64,000 bases of DNA from Candidatus Aminicenantes bacterium (lineage in GTDB: Bacteria; Acidobacteriota; Aminicenantia; Aminicenantales; JAFGAV01): NCBI GenBank assembly GCA_016933515.1, contig JAFGAV010000113.1, positions 19,023-83,022 on the forward strand, written 5' to 3'. The translations under genes and the position numbers were made by a program. This document shows positions 9,455-18,596 of the stretch, one piece after another. The stretch's first letter is position 1, and every line of letters begins with the position of its first letter. The notes below the pieces were generated by a model. The model searched no databases, was not told where the DNA came from, and saw only the letters and a program-made list of their open reading frames with translations.

Positions 9455-11199
9455 CCAAACCCCCTGAAAAAAAGAAAGAAGAAAATCTCGAGAACGAGGA
9501 CTACGCCAAGCTCCTGGACCGGTACCAGTTCAGCGCCCGGGAGATCGCCTTCGGCTCGATCGTCCACGGCCGCATCGTCCGCCTCACCCCGACCCACATC
9601 CTGGTGGATGTCGGCGGCAAGTCCGAAGGCCTGATTCCCGTCGAGGAATTCGACCCGAACGACCTGCGCCGGCTCAAACCCGGCGACACGGTGGACGCCG
9701 TCCTGGAGAGAGCCGACCCCAAGGAAGGGGCCCTCATCCTCTCCAAACGCAAGGCCGACACCGAGCACGCCCTGGACAATCTTGAGAAAGCCTTCCACGC
9801 CCGGAGCTGGATCACGGGCAAGGTCGTCGAACGGGCCAAAAACGGCTACCTGGTCAACGTCGGCATCCCGACCTTCCTTCCCGATTCCCACGCCGATTTG
9901 AGGATGGTTCGTGACCCCTCCACGCTTATCGGAAACGCCTACAAATTCAAAGTCATCAAGTTCGACCGCAAAACCGAAAACGCCGTCCTCTCCCGCAAGC
10001 TGTACCTTCAGGAGGAAAGGGAAAAAAAGAAAAAAAAGGTTTTCGGCGCCCTCGCTCAGGGCCAAAGGCTCAAGGGCACGGTGCGCTCCCTCACCAGCTT
10101 CGGCGCCTTCGTGGACATCGGCGGGATTGAAGGTCTTCTCCACATCTCGGACATGTCCTGGGGCAAGCTCGGCCATCCTTCAGAAATGCTCGAGGTCGGC
10201 CAGGAGGTGGAGGTCGTGGTCCTGGATTTCAACGAAAAAGAGGAGCGCATCTCTCTGGGGGTCAAACAGCTCACTCCCGATCCCTGGTCCGACATCACCG
10301 AGAAATATTTTCAGGGGCAAAGGATTCACGGCAAGGTCGTCAGCCTGACCGACTTCGGGGCCTTCGTCGAGCTCGAAAAAGGGGTCGAAGGCCTGGTTCA
10401 TATCTCCGACCTGAGCTGGTCGCGCAAGCTCGTCCACCCCAAGAAAATTCTTTCCGTCGGGCAGGAGGTCGAGGTGTCCATCCTCGACGTCAATTCCGAA
10501 TCCAAGCGCATCTCCCTGGGTCTGAAGCAGATCCAGCCTCATCCTCTGGAACTCCTCAAGCAGAAAATCAAGCCGGGAAGCCGGATCAAAGGCCGGATCA
10601 CGAGCATCACGGATTTCGGAGCCTTCCTCGAGGTCGAGCCCGGCATCGAAGGCCTCATCCACATCTCCGACCTCTCCTGGGAGAAGGTCAAGCACCCTTC
10701 CGACAAGCTCAAGGTCGGGGACGAGGCTGAAGTCGTGGTGCTCAACATCGACGTCGAAAAGCAGAAGGTCTCTCTGGGCATCAAGCAGCTCCAGGGCGAC
10801 ATCTGGGAGGATTTTTTCGCCCGCCACAAAACGGGCGACCTGCTCAACGTCAAGATCGTCCGCCTGGCCGACTTCGGCGTGTTCGTTGAAGTCCTGCCCG
10901 GCATCGAGGGCGTCGTCTTTCTCTCCGAGCTCGACGAGCGCCGGATCGACAACCCGGCCGAAGCGTTCAGCGCCGGAGAAGAGAAAACGGCCAAGATCAT
11001 CAAGATGAGCGCCAAAGACAAAAAGCTGTCCCTGAGCTTCCGCCAGGCCCAGGTCGAAATGCAGCGCCTCGACTATCAGAAATTCCTGAACAGTCAGGAC
11101 GACCGGCTCACCCTGGGCGATCTCATGCGGGACAAGCTGGAGAGCATCAAATCCCAGAAGCTGTCCGCCGCCAAGAAGGAGGCGAAAAGCGATGATTAA
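9442..11199 (+). CDS. rpsA: 30S ribosomal protein S1
   Basis: Six S1 domains with repeated 'G.V..I.DFGAFV....G.EGL.HISD' modules. It overlaps the ispH 3' end by 13 nt. Confidence 0.9.
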   Translation: MSEMTKPPEKKKEENLENEDYAKLLDRYQFSAREIAFGSIVHGRIVRLTPTHILVDVGGKSEGLIPVEEFDPNDLRRLKPGDTVDAVLERADPKEGALILSKRKADTEHALDNLEKAFHARSWITGKVVERAKNGYLVNVGIPTFLPDSHADLRMVRDPSTLIGNAYKFKVIKFDRKTENAVLSRKLYLQEEREKKKKKVFGALAQGQRLKGTVRSLTSFGAFVDIGGIEGLLHISDMSWGKLGHPSEMLEVGQEVEVVVLDFNEKEERISLGVKQLTPDPWSDITEKYFQGQRIHGKVVSLTDFGAFVELEKGVEGLVHISDLSWSRKLVHPKKILSVGQEVEVSILDVNSESKRISLGLKQIQPHPLELLKQKIKPGSRIKGRITSITDFGAFLEVEPGIEGLIHISDLSWEKVKHPSDKLKVGDEAEVVVLNIDVEKQKVSLGIKQLQGDIWEDFFARHKTGDLLNVKIVRLADFGVFVEVLPGIEGVVFLSELDERRIDNPAEAFSAGEEKTAKIIKMSAKDKKLSLSFRQAQVEMQRLDYQKFLNSQDDRLTLGDLMRDKLESIKSQKLSAAKKEAKSDD

Positions 11200-11473
11200 A
11201 GCCGATTTGATCAACAAGATCTCCAAGGACATGAACATCCCCAAGCAGGAGGCCGAACAGGGCGTCAACCTCTTCTTCACCACCATCCGTGAATCCCTGC
11301 TCAAGGGCCAGGAGATCGAGGTTCGGGGTTTCGGCAGTTTTCGCTTCCGGACCCGGCCGGGCCGGACGGGCCGCAACCCGCGCACGGGGGAAACGGTCTC
11401 CGTCCCGCCCAAGAAAATCCTGTACTTCAAGCCCAGCAAGCAGCTCAAAACGATGATCAACAAGGCCGGCTGA
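11192..11473 (+). CDS. HU/IHF family DNA-binding protein
   Basis: 93 aa with 'GFGSFRFRTRPGRTGRNPRTGETVSVP', the HU/IHF arm. Confidence 0.85.
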   Translation: MIKADLINKISKDMNIPKQEAEQGVNLFFTTIRESLLKGQEIEVRGFGSFRFRTRPGRTGRNPRTGETVSVPPKKILYFKPSKQLKTMINKAG

Positions 11474-12003
11474 TGGAGTTCCTGACCGCTCCCTGGCGCG
11501 AAGAATACATACGCAAGCTCTGCCGCCGGTCCAAAAGCTGCGTCCTGTGCGCGGCTTTAAAAAAAAAGGACGACAAGCGGGCTTACATTCTCCACCGCGG
11601 AAACCACAATTTCGTCATCCTCAACAAGTTTCCCTACACGCCGGGACACCTGATGATCGCCCCCTTTCGCCACCTGGACCGCTTCGAGAAGGCCTCCCAG
11701 CCGGCGGCGGAGGAACTGGCCGACATGCTGAGAGACTGCCTTCGGATCCTGGAGAGTCGTTACCGGCCTCAGGGCTTCAATGTCGGCATGAATCTTGGGA
11801 AATCGGCCGGTGCCGGCGTCACCGACCACTATCACCTCCACATCGTCTGCCGATGGGAAGGGGATTCGAATTTCATGCCCCTCGTGGGCGGAACGAGAGT
11901 TTTCATCGAGGACCTCGACACGGCTTACGCCCGCCTGCGGCCTCTGTTTCAGGCCTTGCCTCGGAGGGGAAAGAACGGGGGGAGCCGTCGCGGGCGCTCA
12001 TAA
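11473..12003 (+). CDS. HIT family protein
   Basis: Has the histidine triad 'HYHLHIV'. Confidence 0.75.
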   Translation: MEFLTAPWREEYIRKLCRRSKSCVLCAALKKKDDKRAYILHRGNHNFVILNKFPYTPGHLMIAPFRHLDRFEKASQPAAEELADMLRDCLRILESRYRPQGFNVGMNLGKSAGAGVTDHYHLHIVCRWEGDSNFMPLVGGTRVFIEDLDTAYARLRPLFQALPRRGKNGGSRRGRS

Positions 12004-12036
12004 TCCCGACGCCGGATCATCGACGGGGAGTGAAAA

Positions 12037-13182
12037 ATGCATTTCGAGCTGACGGAAGAACAGATCTTGCTCAGGAACATGGCCCGGGATTTCGCCCGGA
12101 AGGACATCGCTCCTCATGACGCGGAGCTCGAAGAACGGGAGGAATTCCCGAAGGAGATCTTGCGCCGGTTGGGTGAATTGGGTCTTCTGGGCATGAACGT
12201 TCCGTCCGAATTCGGCGGCCAGCCCATCGACTCCCTGTCCCAGATCCTGGTCCTGGAAGAACTGGCCAAGGCCTCGGCGGCCGTGTGCGTCATCGTCAGC
12301 GTCCACGTCTCGCTGTTTTGCCACGCCCTGGCCCGCTTCGGCACGGAAGAGCTCAAGAAAAAATACCTTCCCTCTGCGGCGCGCGGAGACATTCTCGGCG
12401 CCTTCTCCCTGACCGAACCCAACGCCGGGTCGGACGCCATGGCCATCCGCACCTCGGCCGTCCGACGCAAAGACACGTTCATTCTCAACGGCCGCAAGGC
12501 GTGGGTGACGAACGGCCGGAATGCGGGCGCGATCATCCTGTTCACCGCAGCCGCCCACCCTTCCGGCCGGCGGAGGCTCAATGCCTTCGTCGTCGAGCCG
12601 GGCTTCCCCGGATTCAAAATGAGCAAAGTCGAGAAAAAGATGGGGTTGCATTCCTCCCCGACCGCCGAGATCACCTTGGAGGACTGCGAGGTTCCGGCCT
12701 CGAACCTGCTGGGCGCCGAGGGACAGGGGGGGACCATCGCCCTGAACGGGCTGGACCATTCCCGGGTCGGGATCGCCGCCCAGTCCATCGGACTGGCCCA
12801 AAGGGCCCTCGAAGAAGCCGTCCGCTACGCCAAACAGCGCGAGGCCTTCGGAAAAAAGATCGCCGATTTCCAAGCCGTCCAATTCATGCTGGCCGATATC
12901 GCCACCCGCACGGAAGCCGCGCGCTTGCTGACTTACCGGGCGGCCCGACTCAAGGATTCCGACCGCCCGTTCACCGCCGAGGCCGCCATGGCCAAGCTTT
13001 TCGCCTCCGAGACCGCCAAGCAGGCCGCCGACCAAGCGCTTCAGGTCCACGGCGGTTACGGCTATTCCCGCGAATACGCCGTCGAACGGATCTACCGTGA
13101 CGCCCGCGTCCTGACGATCTATGAAGGGACTTCGGAAATCCAGAGACTGGTCATCGCCCGCCATCTGTTGAAGGAGACGTGA
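12037..13182 (+). CDS. acyl-CoA dehydrogenase (short/medium-chain type)
   Basis: 381 aa. Has ACAD signatures 'AFSLTEPNAGSD' and 'QVHGGYGY', with a GGGGAGTG RBS. Confidence 0.85.
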   Translation: MHFELTEEQILLRNMARDFARKDIAPHDAELEEREEFPKEILRRLGELGLLGMNVPSEFGGQPIDSLSQILVLEELAKASAAVCVIVSVHVSLFCHALARFGTEELKKKYLPSAARGDILGAFSLTEPNAGSDAMAIRTSAVRRKDTFILNGRKAWVTNGRNAGAIILFTAAAHPSGRRRLNAFVVEPGFPGFKMSKVEKKMGLHSSPTAEITLEDCEVPASNLLGAEGQGGTIALNGLDHSRVGIAAQSIGLAQRALEEAVRYAKQREAFGKKIADFQAVQFMLADIATRTEAARLLTYRAARLKDSDRPFTAEAAMAKLFASETAKQAADQALQVHGGYGYSREYAVERIYRDARVLTIYEGTSEIQRLVIARHLLKET

Positions 13183-13184
13183 GC

Positions 13185-15134
13185 ATGCTCAAATCTATGC
13201 GCCGCAACTTCAAATCCTTCGCGCCCGCCCTGTGGCTGGTCATCATCACCTTTATCGTCGCCCTGTTCATCTGGGTACAACCCGGCGACCAAGGCGGAGA
13301 GGCCGGGGATCTCGGAGACATGGCCGTGGCCCGCGTCGGCCGGGAGACCATCACCGCCGACCAGTACGCTTCCGCCCTGCAACAGGCCATCGCATTCAAC
13401 GAGGAACGGATCGGCGAGATGAGCAAGGAAATCATCCAGCAGATCAACCTTCCCAACCAGGTCCTCCAGGAGCTCATCAGAATCCGTCTTCTCCTCCAGG
13501 CGGCCGAAGAGCGCCGGGTGACGGTGTCCGACCGCGAGTTCCAGGAGCAGGTTCTCAGCCGTTTTCCGGTTTTTCTCGACCAGAAGACCGGCCGTTTCGT
13601 GGGGCAAGAGGAATACGAAGACATTCTGACATATTACAAAATCTCGATAGCGGAATTCGAGAAGAGCATCGCCGACGCCATTCTCCTGGAAAAGATCCAG
13701 GACCTGCTGACCGCGGGCGTGTCCGTGACGCCGGAAGAAGTGCGGGACCATTACCGACGGGAGAACGAAACCGCCCGCATCGAGTACCTGCTTCTCGAAA
13801 CGAACACGGTCGAGCTTCCGGAGCCGCCCGGAGAGACGGAAATCGAGGAACATTTCAACCGGCATAAGGAGCGCTTCCGCATCCCGGAGCAACGGTCCGG
13901 AACGGCAATCTTTCTCAATCGCGAGGATTTGAAGAAAGAGGTCGAATTCTCCGCCGAAGAAATCGAACAATACTATCGCGACAACCTCGACCAGTTCCAG
14001 AATCCCGAGGAAACGCGCTTGAGCCGCATTCACATCCCCTACGGCGGCCGCGCCCGGGAGGATGTCCGCTCCGATCTCGGCCTTCTCAAGGAGCGGCTGG
14101 AGAAGGGAGAAGATTTCGGCCTGTTGGCCCAGGCGCATTCCCGGGATTCCAAGGCTTCTCAGGGCGGAGACTGGGGCGCCGTCGAATGGCGCTCGCTCCC
14201 CGAAAAGGAACAGGAAGCGATCGCCGGATTGGCAAGCGGTCAGATGTCCGAAATCGTCGAGACGGACGAAGGGATGTCTCTGCTCAAAGTGACACAGAAA
14301 ACACCGGCCTCGCCCATTCCGCTTGAGGACGCCCGTTCGAGGATCGAAACCGTACTCGAAGACCAAAAGGCGCAATCTCTGGCCGCGGAAAGAATCGGGC
14401 GCCTGGCCAAAGAAGCCAAAAAGGACAACAATCTCGGAAAAGCCGCCGAACGGCTCGGCCTCAAAGCGGTAGAGACGGGCGCGCTCAAGGAGGGCGATCC
14501 CATGGGCGTGCTGGATCCCTCGGGCGTCGTCAGCCAAGCCCTTTTCCAGCTTGAGGAAAAAGGCCTGTCCGAGGTCCTCTACACCTACCAGGGCGTCGGC
14601 CTGGCCCAACTTCTGACCGTCATCCCCTCCCATCCGGCGACTCTGGAGGAAGTGCGCGACGAAGTCCTGGACGAGGTCGTCGAAGCCAAGAAAAAAAGCA
14701 TCATCCTGGACAGAATCCGGGCGCTCCGCGGACGTCTGGCTGAAGGCCGATGGGACAACATCGGCGCGGAGGCAGCCTTGGAATACAGGACGGTCAACGA
14801 ACACAAGCGGGGGCAATATCTGAGCACCGTCGGAGAAAGCGAGGAGGTCGACCTGCTGGCCTTTTCCCTGCCTTTGAAAGCGGTCAGCGAACCCGTGGAA
14901 TTCGAGACCGGATACCTGGTGTTGCGCGTCCTGGAGCGCAAACAGATCACCCCCCAGGAATTCGCCGAGAAGGAATCCGAGGCCCGTTCGGCTCTTCTGG
15001 ACAACAAGCGCAATCTCTTCCTCGGATCCCTTTTGGCCAAGGACATAAAAGAGAAGGGCGTCCGGGTCGAATACAACAATTTCCTTCAAGTCGTCTCGAC
15101 CGTCCTGGGCCGTTTCGAAGAAAAGGAAGAATAG
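13185..15134 (+). CDS. PpiD/SurA-like periplasmic chaperone (peptidyl-prolyl isomerase domain protein)
   Basis: Has an N-terminal TM anchor, a long coiled/chaperone region, and a parvulin-like segment ('FGLLAQAHSRDSKASQGGDWGAV'). The ATG at 13185 has an AAGGAG RBS; the ORF-track GTG at 13179 is less likely. Confidence 0.7.
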   Translation: MLKSMRRNFKSFAPALWLVIITFIVALFIWVQPGDQGGEAGDLGDMAVARVGRETITADQYASALQQAIAFNEERIGEMSKEIIQQINLPNQVLQELIRIRLLLQAAEERRVTVSDREFQEQVLSRFPVFLDQKTGRFVGQEEYEDILTYYKISIAEFEKSIADAILLEKIQDLLTAGVSVTPEEVRDHYRRENETARIEYLLLETNTVELPEPPGETEIEEHFNRHKERFRIPEQRSGTAIFLNREDLKKEVEFSAEEIEQYYRDNLDQFQNPEETRLSRIHIPYGGRAREDVRSDLGLLKERLEKGEDFGLLAQAHSRDSKASQGGDWGAVEWRSLPEKEQEAIAGLASGQMSEIVETDEGMSLLKVTQKTPASPIPLEDARSRIETVLEDQKAQSLAAERIGRLAKEAKKDNNLGKAAERLGLKAVETGALKEGDPMGVLDPSGVVSQALFQLEEKGLSEVLYTYQGVGLAQLLTVIPSHPATLEEVRDEVLDEVVEAKKKSIILDRIRALRGRLAEGRWDNIGAEAALEYRTVNEHKRGQYLSTVGESEEVDLLAFSLPLKAVSEPVEFETGYLVLRVLERKQITPQEFAEKESEARSALLDNKRNLFLGSLLAKDIKEKGVRVEYNNFLQVVSTVLGRFEEKEE

Positions 15135-15147
15135 AGAGCTGCCCTCG

Positions 15148-16089
15148 ATGACGAAACTGACGCGTGCCGCCCGCAAGGCCGTCCGCGAAAGCCTGAAGCT
15201 CAAAACCACCGACCGCTTTCTGCTCATCACGGACACCGGAAGCCTGGAGGTCGCCGAAGCTCTGGCCGGCGCCGCGCGGGCCGCCGGGACCGAGACCACG
15301 ACCTGTCTCCTCCCCGAATCCCTGAGGCCGGTCGCCGAGCCGACCGAACTCCTGCGGCTTATGGTCCGCCGGGCGACGGCCTTGGCCTACGTCCTCGAAT
15401 CCCGTTACCAGGAAAAGACGTTCCGGGGCTTTCTCGTCCGCGCCGGGCGGGCCTCGGGGCGCGTGCTCATGATGCCCGGAATGACGCGGGATATGATGGA
15501 GCGGCTGGTGGACGTCGACCTCGGCGACATGAAGCGCTTCACCCGCAAGCTGGTGAGGATCCTCAAGGACGCCGACGAGATCACGGTCGAAAATCCGAGA
15601 GGAACGCGCATCTCCTTCAGCGTCAAGGCGCGGACGTGGGTTTCCAGCCTGGGCGACTTGGGTCGGCGCGGCAGCCACGGCAACCTCCCCGCCGGAGAAT
15701 GCTACACCGCGCCCGTCGAGGAAACGTTCACCGGGCGGGTCGTGCTCAGCCTGATCGACGACAAACTCGGCCCCGGCGTCCTTATGTTCAAGCGGGGGCG
15801 CCTTGAGCACTGGAGCGGCCGGGGCGTGAAGGCCATCATGGCCCACATCGGCGAAGACAAGACGGGCCGGATCATCGGCGAATTCGGCATCGGCACGAAC
15901 CGGGGAGCCCGCATCTGCCCCAACATGCTCGAGGCGGAAAAAGCCTTCGGCACGGTCCACTTCGCCATCGGCGATTCTTACGGCCTGGGCCGGAACTCGA
16001 GCCGCCATCACTACGACGCCCTGGTGGAGAAAGCCACGATCCGCGTCGGGGAGAGAACCATCGCCCGCAACGGCCGCTTTATGATCTGA
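15148..16089 (+). CDS. aminopeptidase, M29 (AmpS)-like
   Basis: The N-terminal architecture ('DRFLLITDTGSLEVAEAL..AA..AG') and the C-terminal 'HFAIGDSYG' fit the M29 aminopeptidase family, but the protein is shorter than typical. Confidence 0.6.
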   Translation: MTKLTRAARKAVRESLKLKTTDRFLLITDTGSLEVAEALAGAARAAGTETTTCLLPESLRPVAEPTELLRLMVRRATALAYVLESRYQEKTFRGFLVRAGRASGRVLMMPGMTRDMMERLVDVDLGDMKRFTRKLVRILKDADEITVENPRGTRISFSVKARTWVSSLGDLGRRGSHGNLPAGECYTAPVEETFTGRVVLSLIDDKLGPGVLMFKRGRLEHWSGRGVKAIMAHIGEDKTGRIIGEFGIGTNRGARICPNMLEAEKAFGTVHFAIGDSYGLGRNSSRHHYDALVEKATIRVGERTIARNGRFMI

Positions 16090-16208
16090 ATGAGCATCAA
16101 GCCCAAGCCGACGGCTTTCCCATGATCACCGTCAGCCTGGTCATCCGGACCGGGCCGCTGCCGGTCAACGGGGCGGGCGCGGCGGCGGCAACCCCCTGAG
16201 AGGAACCG

Positions 16209-16973
16209 CTAGCCGGACAGGAGCTCGAAAAAAAGGGCGCGGACGCGCGCTTCCATGGCCCCGCGGAATTTCTCGATCGTCTCCCTTTCGTCCCCGCCCT
16301 GAAAATCCCTGATGTACAGGGGCGGGCCGACGTTGAGCCTCACCCGGGCGGGAATCAGCATCGGCCGGTGCGTGCCCAGGAAGGCCATGGGAGTCACGGC
16401 TACGTCCACTCCGGCGCGGACACGAAGGTTATGGGCGATATGCGCCACGCCGCTTTTAAACGGCTCGAGAAAAGGATTGGCATACATCCTCCTCAGGCGT
16501 CCTCGTCCCTGGAGGGCGACCACGGCACGGCCGGCGCGCAGATGGCTCTCGACGAGCGCCAGGGATTCGCCTTTCTGGCGGCCCGGCGAAATGTCCACCG
16601 GCACCGTTCCGATGCGCCCGATGCGCGAGGAGACGTAGCGGACAAAAGCGGACTTGAGAGGGCCGAGCAGCTTGTTGACCGTCAATCCGAACTCCTTGAA
16701 ATGGCGCTCGAGGTGGCGGCGGATGACGGCATGGAACTCCGCGGCGTCGAAAAGCTCCCGGTTGGCCGTGAAAAAGATCGGCCGGGGAACCGCCTTGAAA
16801 AGAAGAGCCACGTCCTTGAAGCTGCCGATGTGATTGCCCACCAGGACGTTCGGGCCGGAGAGCATGAAATTCCCGGCGCCTCGAACCTCGATTTTTTTGC
16901 CCAGGAGAACGACCCGCGTCAGCCTCCTGATGACGGGCCGGAACCGCTCAAGCTCTTCTTCGTATGTGGCCAT
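16209..16973 (-). CDS. lysophospholipid (1-acyl-sn-glycerol-3-phosphate) acyltransferase family protein
   Basis: Has the PlsC-type 'NHIGSFKD' (HX4D) acyltransferase motif. Confidence 0.7.
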   Translation of the reverse strand: MATYEEELERFRPVIRRLTRVVLLGKKIEVRGAGNFMLSGPNVLVGNHIGSFKDVALLFKAVPRPIFFTANRELFDAAEFHAVIRRHLERHFKEFGLTVNKLLGPLKSAFVRYVSSRIGRIGTVPVDISPGRQKGESLALVESHLRAGRAVVALQGRGRLRRMYANPFLEPFKSGVAHIAHNLRVRAGVDVAVTPMAFLGTHRPMLIPARVRLNVGPPLYIRDFQGGDERETIEKFRGAMEARVRALFFELLSG

Positions 16974-17055
16974 AAAATCGGTTTCTCTGTCGTTTCTGTT
17001 TCTTTAAGATCAATATTTTATGACCTCTCCGCTACCCGTGGCAAGCCCTTACAAG

Positions 17056-17135
17056 CTCCATGACGCCTTGTGTGCTGAATTCCGGTCTGAGGGCCAATGC
17101 TCACGCTAAAGGACCACACAAAACGTTATGGAACC
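17056..17135 (+). repeat. Copy 1 of an ~80-bp palindromic intergenic repeat family
   Basis: ctccATGACGccttGTGTGcTGAATTCCGGTCTGAGGGCCAATGCTCACGCtaaaGGACCACACAAAACGTtATgg. It has terminal inverted arms (ATGACG..GTGTGGT / ACCACAC..CGTCAT) around a conserved core. Copies at 24.8, 32.7, 53.2 and 55.6 kb match it. Confidence 0.8.
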
Positions 17136-17164
17136 GCCCGTGCAACAATTCCAGATCTTTAAGC

Positions 17165-17234
17165 GGTCAAAGGGAGCGTCTCGGCGCCTGGCGGGATTCG
17201 AATCCCGCATATCGCCTCAACGCTCCCTTTGGCC
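17165..17234. repeat. Second ~70-bp imperfect palindrome (nested stems) adjacent to repeat copy 1
   Basis: ggtcaaagggagcgt..GCGGGATTCGAATCCCGC..acgctccctttggcc. The outer 14-bp arms flank a perfect 18-bp palindrome. Confidence 0.6.
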
Positions 17235-17407
17235 CTATGCCACTCTGGTCTCGGGGAAAAAATGAGACAGAAAGAAGGTTTGGATTCCGGCCGAAGCGAG
17301 CTTCAGGCCTCTCTCCCCCCGCTCCTTGTCAGCCGGACCGACTCGTGCTAGTTTAAGCTCTCTGCCGGGCCTGGAGACGGCCGCATCGAAACGACGAGGA
17401 GGACGCC

Positions 17408-18583
17408 GTGATCACTGTCATCCGCCGCGGAACGGTGTTTGCCCCCCAGCCTTTGGGTGTCAAGGACATCTGGATTTTCGGCGAACGGATCGGTTCGATC
17501 GTCGAACCCGGCGCCGTAAACGTCGAGGGCGTGTCCGTCAAAACAATCGACGCCGAAGGGTTTACGGTCGCGCCCGGGATCATCGACCCCCACGTCCACA
17601 TCCTGGGCGGAGGCGGCGAGGGCGGCCCGGCGACCCGGGCGCCCGAAATCCGCGTCGAGGACATCATCCGCAGCGGCGTGACCACGGTCATCGGCTGCCT
17701 GGGGACGGACGGCGTCACGCGGCACGCCTCCTCCCTGCTGGCCAAGGCCCGGGCCCTCGACATCGAGGGCGTCACCGCCTACATTTTCATCGGCTCCTAC
17801 GAGGTTCCGGTCCGGACGCTGACCGGCAGCGTCCGCTCCGACCTGGCGCTCATCGACAAGATCATCGGAGCGGGCGAGGTTGCCGTGTCGGACCACCGGT
17901 CCTCACAGCCGACATTCGAAGAAATCGCACGCCTGGCCGCCGAGTGCCGGGTGGGGGGCCTTCTGGGCGGCAAGGCCGGCGTGCTCCATCTCCATTTGGG
18001 AAGCGGCGCGCGGAAGCTGGAGATGCTTTTCCGGCTGACGGCTGAGACCGAGATCCCTCCCACCCAGGTCATCCCCACCCACGCCAACCGCAATCGGGCC
18101 CTCCTCGAGGAAGGCCTGCGTTGGATCCAAGGCGGCGGCTGGGCCGATCTCACAGCCGGCACGGAGCCCGAGAAGGAGAGCGACGAAGACGTCAGCGTCG
18201 AGACGGCGCTGCGACTGGCGCGGGAGCGGGGCGTTCCGCTCGAGCGGTTCACGGTGAGTTCCGACAGCAACGGCAGCCTGCCGGTGTTCGATTCGCGGGG
18301 CGAGCTCACCGGCCTGACCGTAGCCTCCCAGGACGCTCTGCTCTCGACCTTCCGCTCCCTCGTCCGTCGAAACATCCTCTCGCTGGAGGAAACCGTCCGG
18401 CTGTTCGCCTTCAACCCCGCCCGTTTTTACAAGCTCGAGCGCAAGGGCGAACTCGCCCCGGGGAAGGACGCGGACCTCATTCTCCTCGACAAGGACCTCG
18501 CCCTCAAGGGCGTCATCGCCCGGGGAGCGGAGATGATGTCCGGCGCGCGGCTTCTCGTCCGCGGAACGTTCCGGCCCGCATAG
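17408..18583 (+). CDS. isoaspartyl dipeptidase / beta-aspartyl peptidase (amidohydrolase superfamily)
   Basis: Has 'GIIDPHVHILGGGGEGGPATR', the metal-binding HxH typical of IadA. GTG start with a GAGGAGGA RBS. Confidence 0.75.
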   Translation: MITVIRRGTVFAPQPLGVKDIWIFGERIGSIVEPGAVNVEGVSVKTIDAEGFTVAPGIIDPHVHILGGGGEGGPATRAPEIRVEDIIRSGVTTVIGCLGTDGVTRHASSLLAKARALDIEGVTAYIFIGSYEVPVRTLTGSVRSDLALIDKIIGAGEVAVSDHRSSQPTFEEIARLAAECRVGGLLGGKAGVLHLHLGSGARKLEMLFRLTAETEIPPTQVIPTHANRNRALLEEGLRWIQGGGWADLTAGTEPEKESDEDVSVETALRLARERGVPLERFTVSSDSNGSLPVFDSRGELTGLTVASQDALLSTFRSLVRRNILSLEETVRLFAFNPARFYKLERKGELAPGKDADLILLDKDLALKGVIARGAEMMSGARLLVRGTFRPA

Positions 18584-18596
18584 GAGGCGCCTCGAA

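Noticed and set aside
17186-17203. GCGGGATTCGAATCCCGC resembles a tRNA T-arm (GGTTCGAATCC); considered a tRNA gene or tRNA-derived integration site
   Set aside because: No acceptor stem, D-arm or anticodon arm can be drawn on either strand. The flanks instead pair with each other as a long palindrome, so it was classed as a repeat or hairpin.
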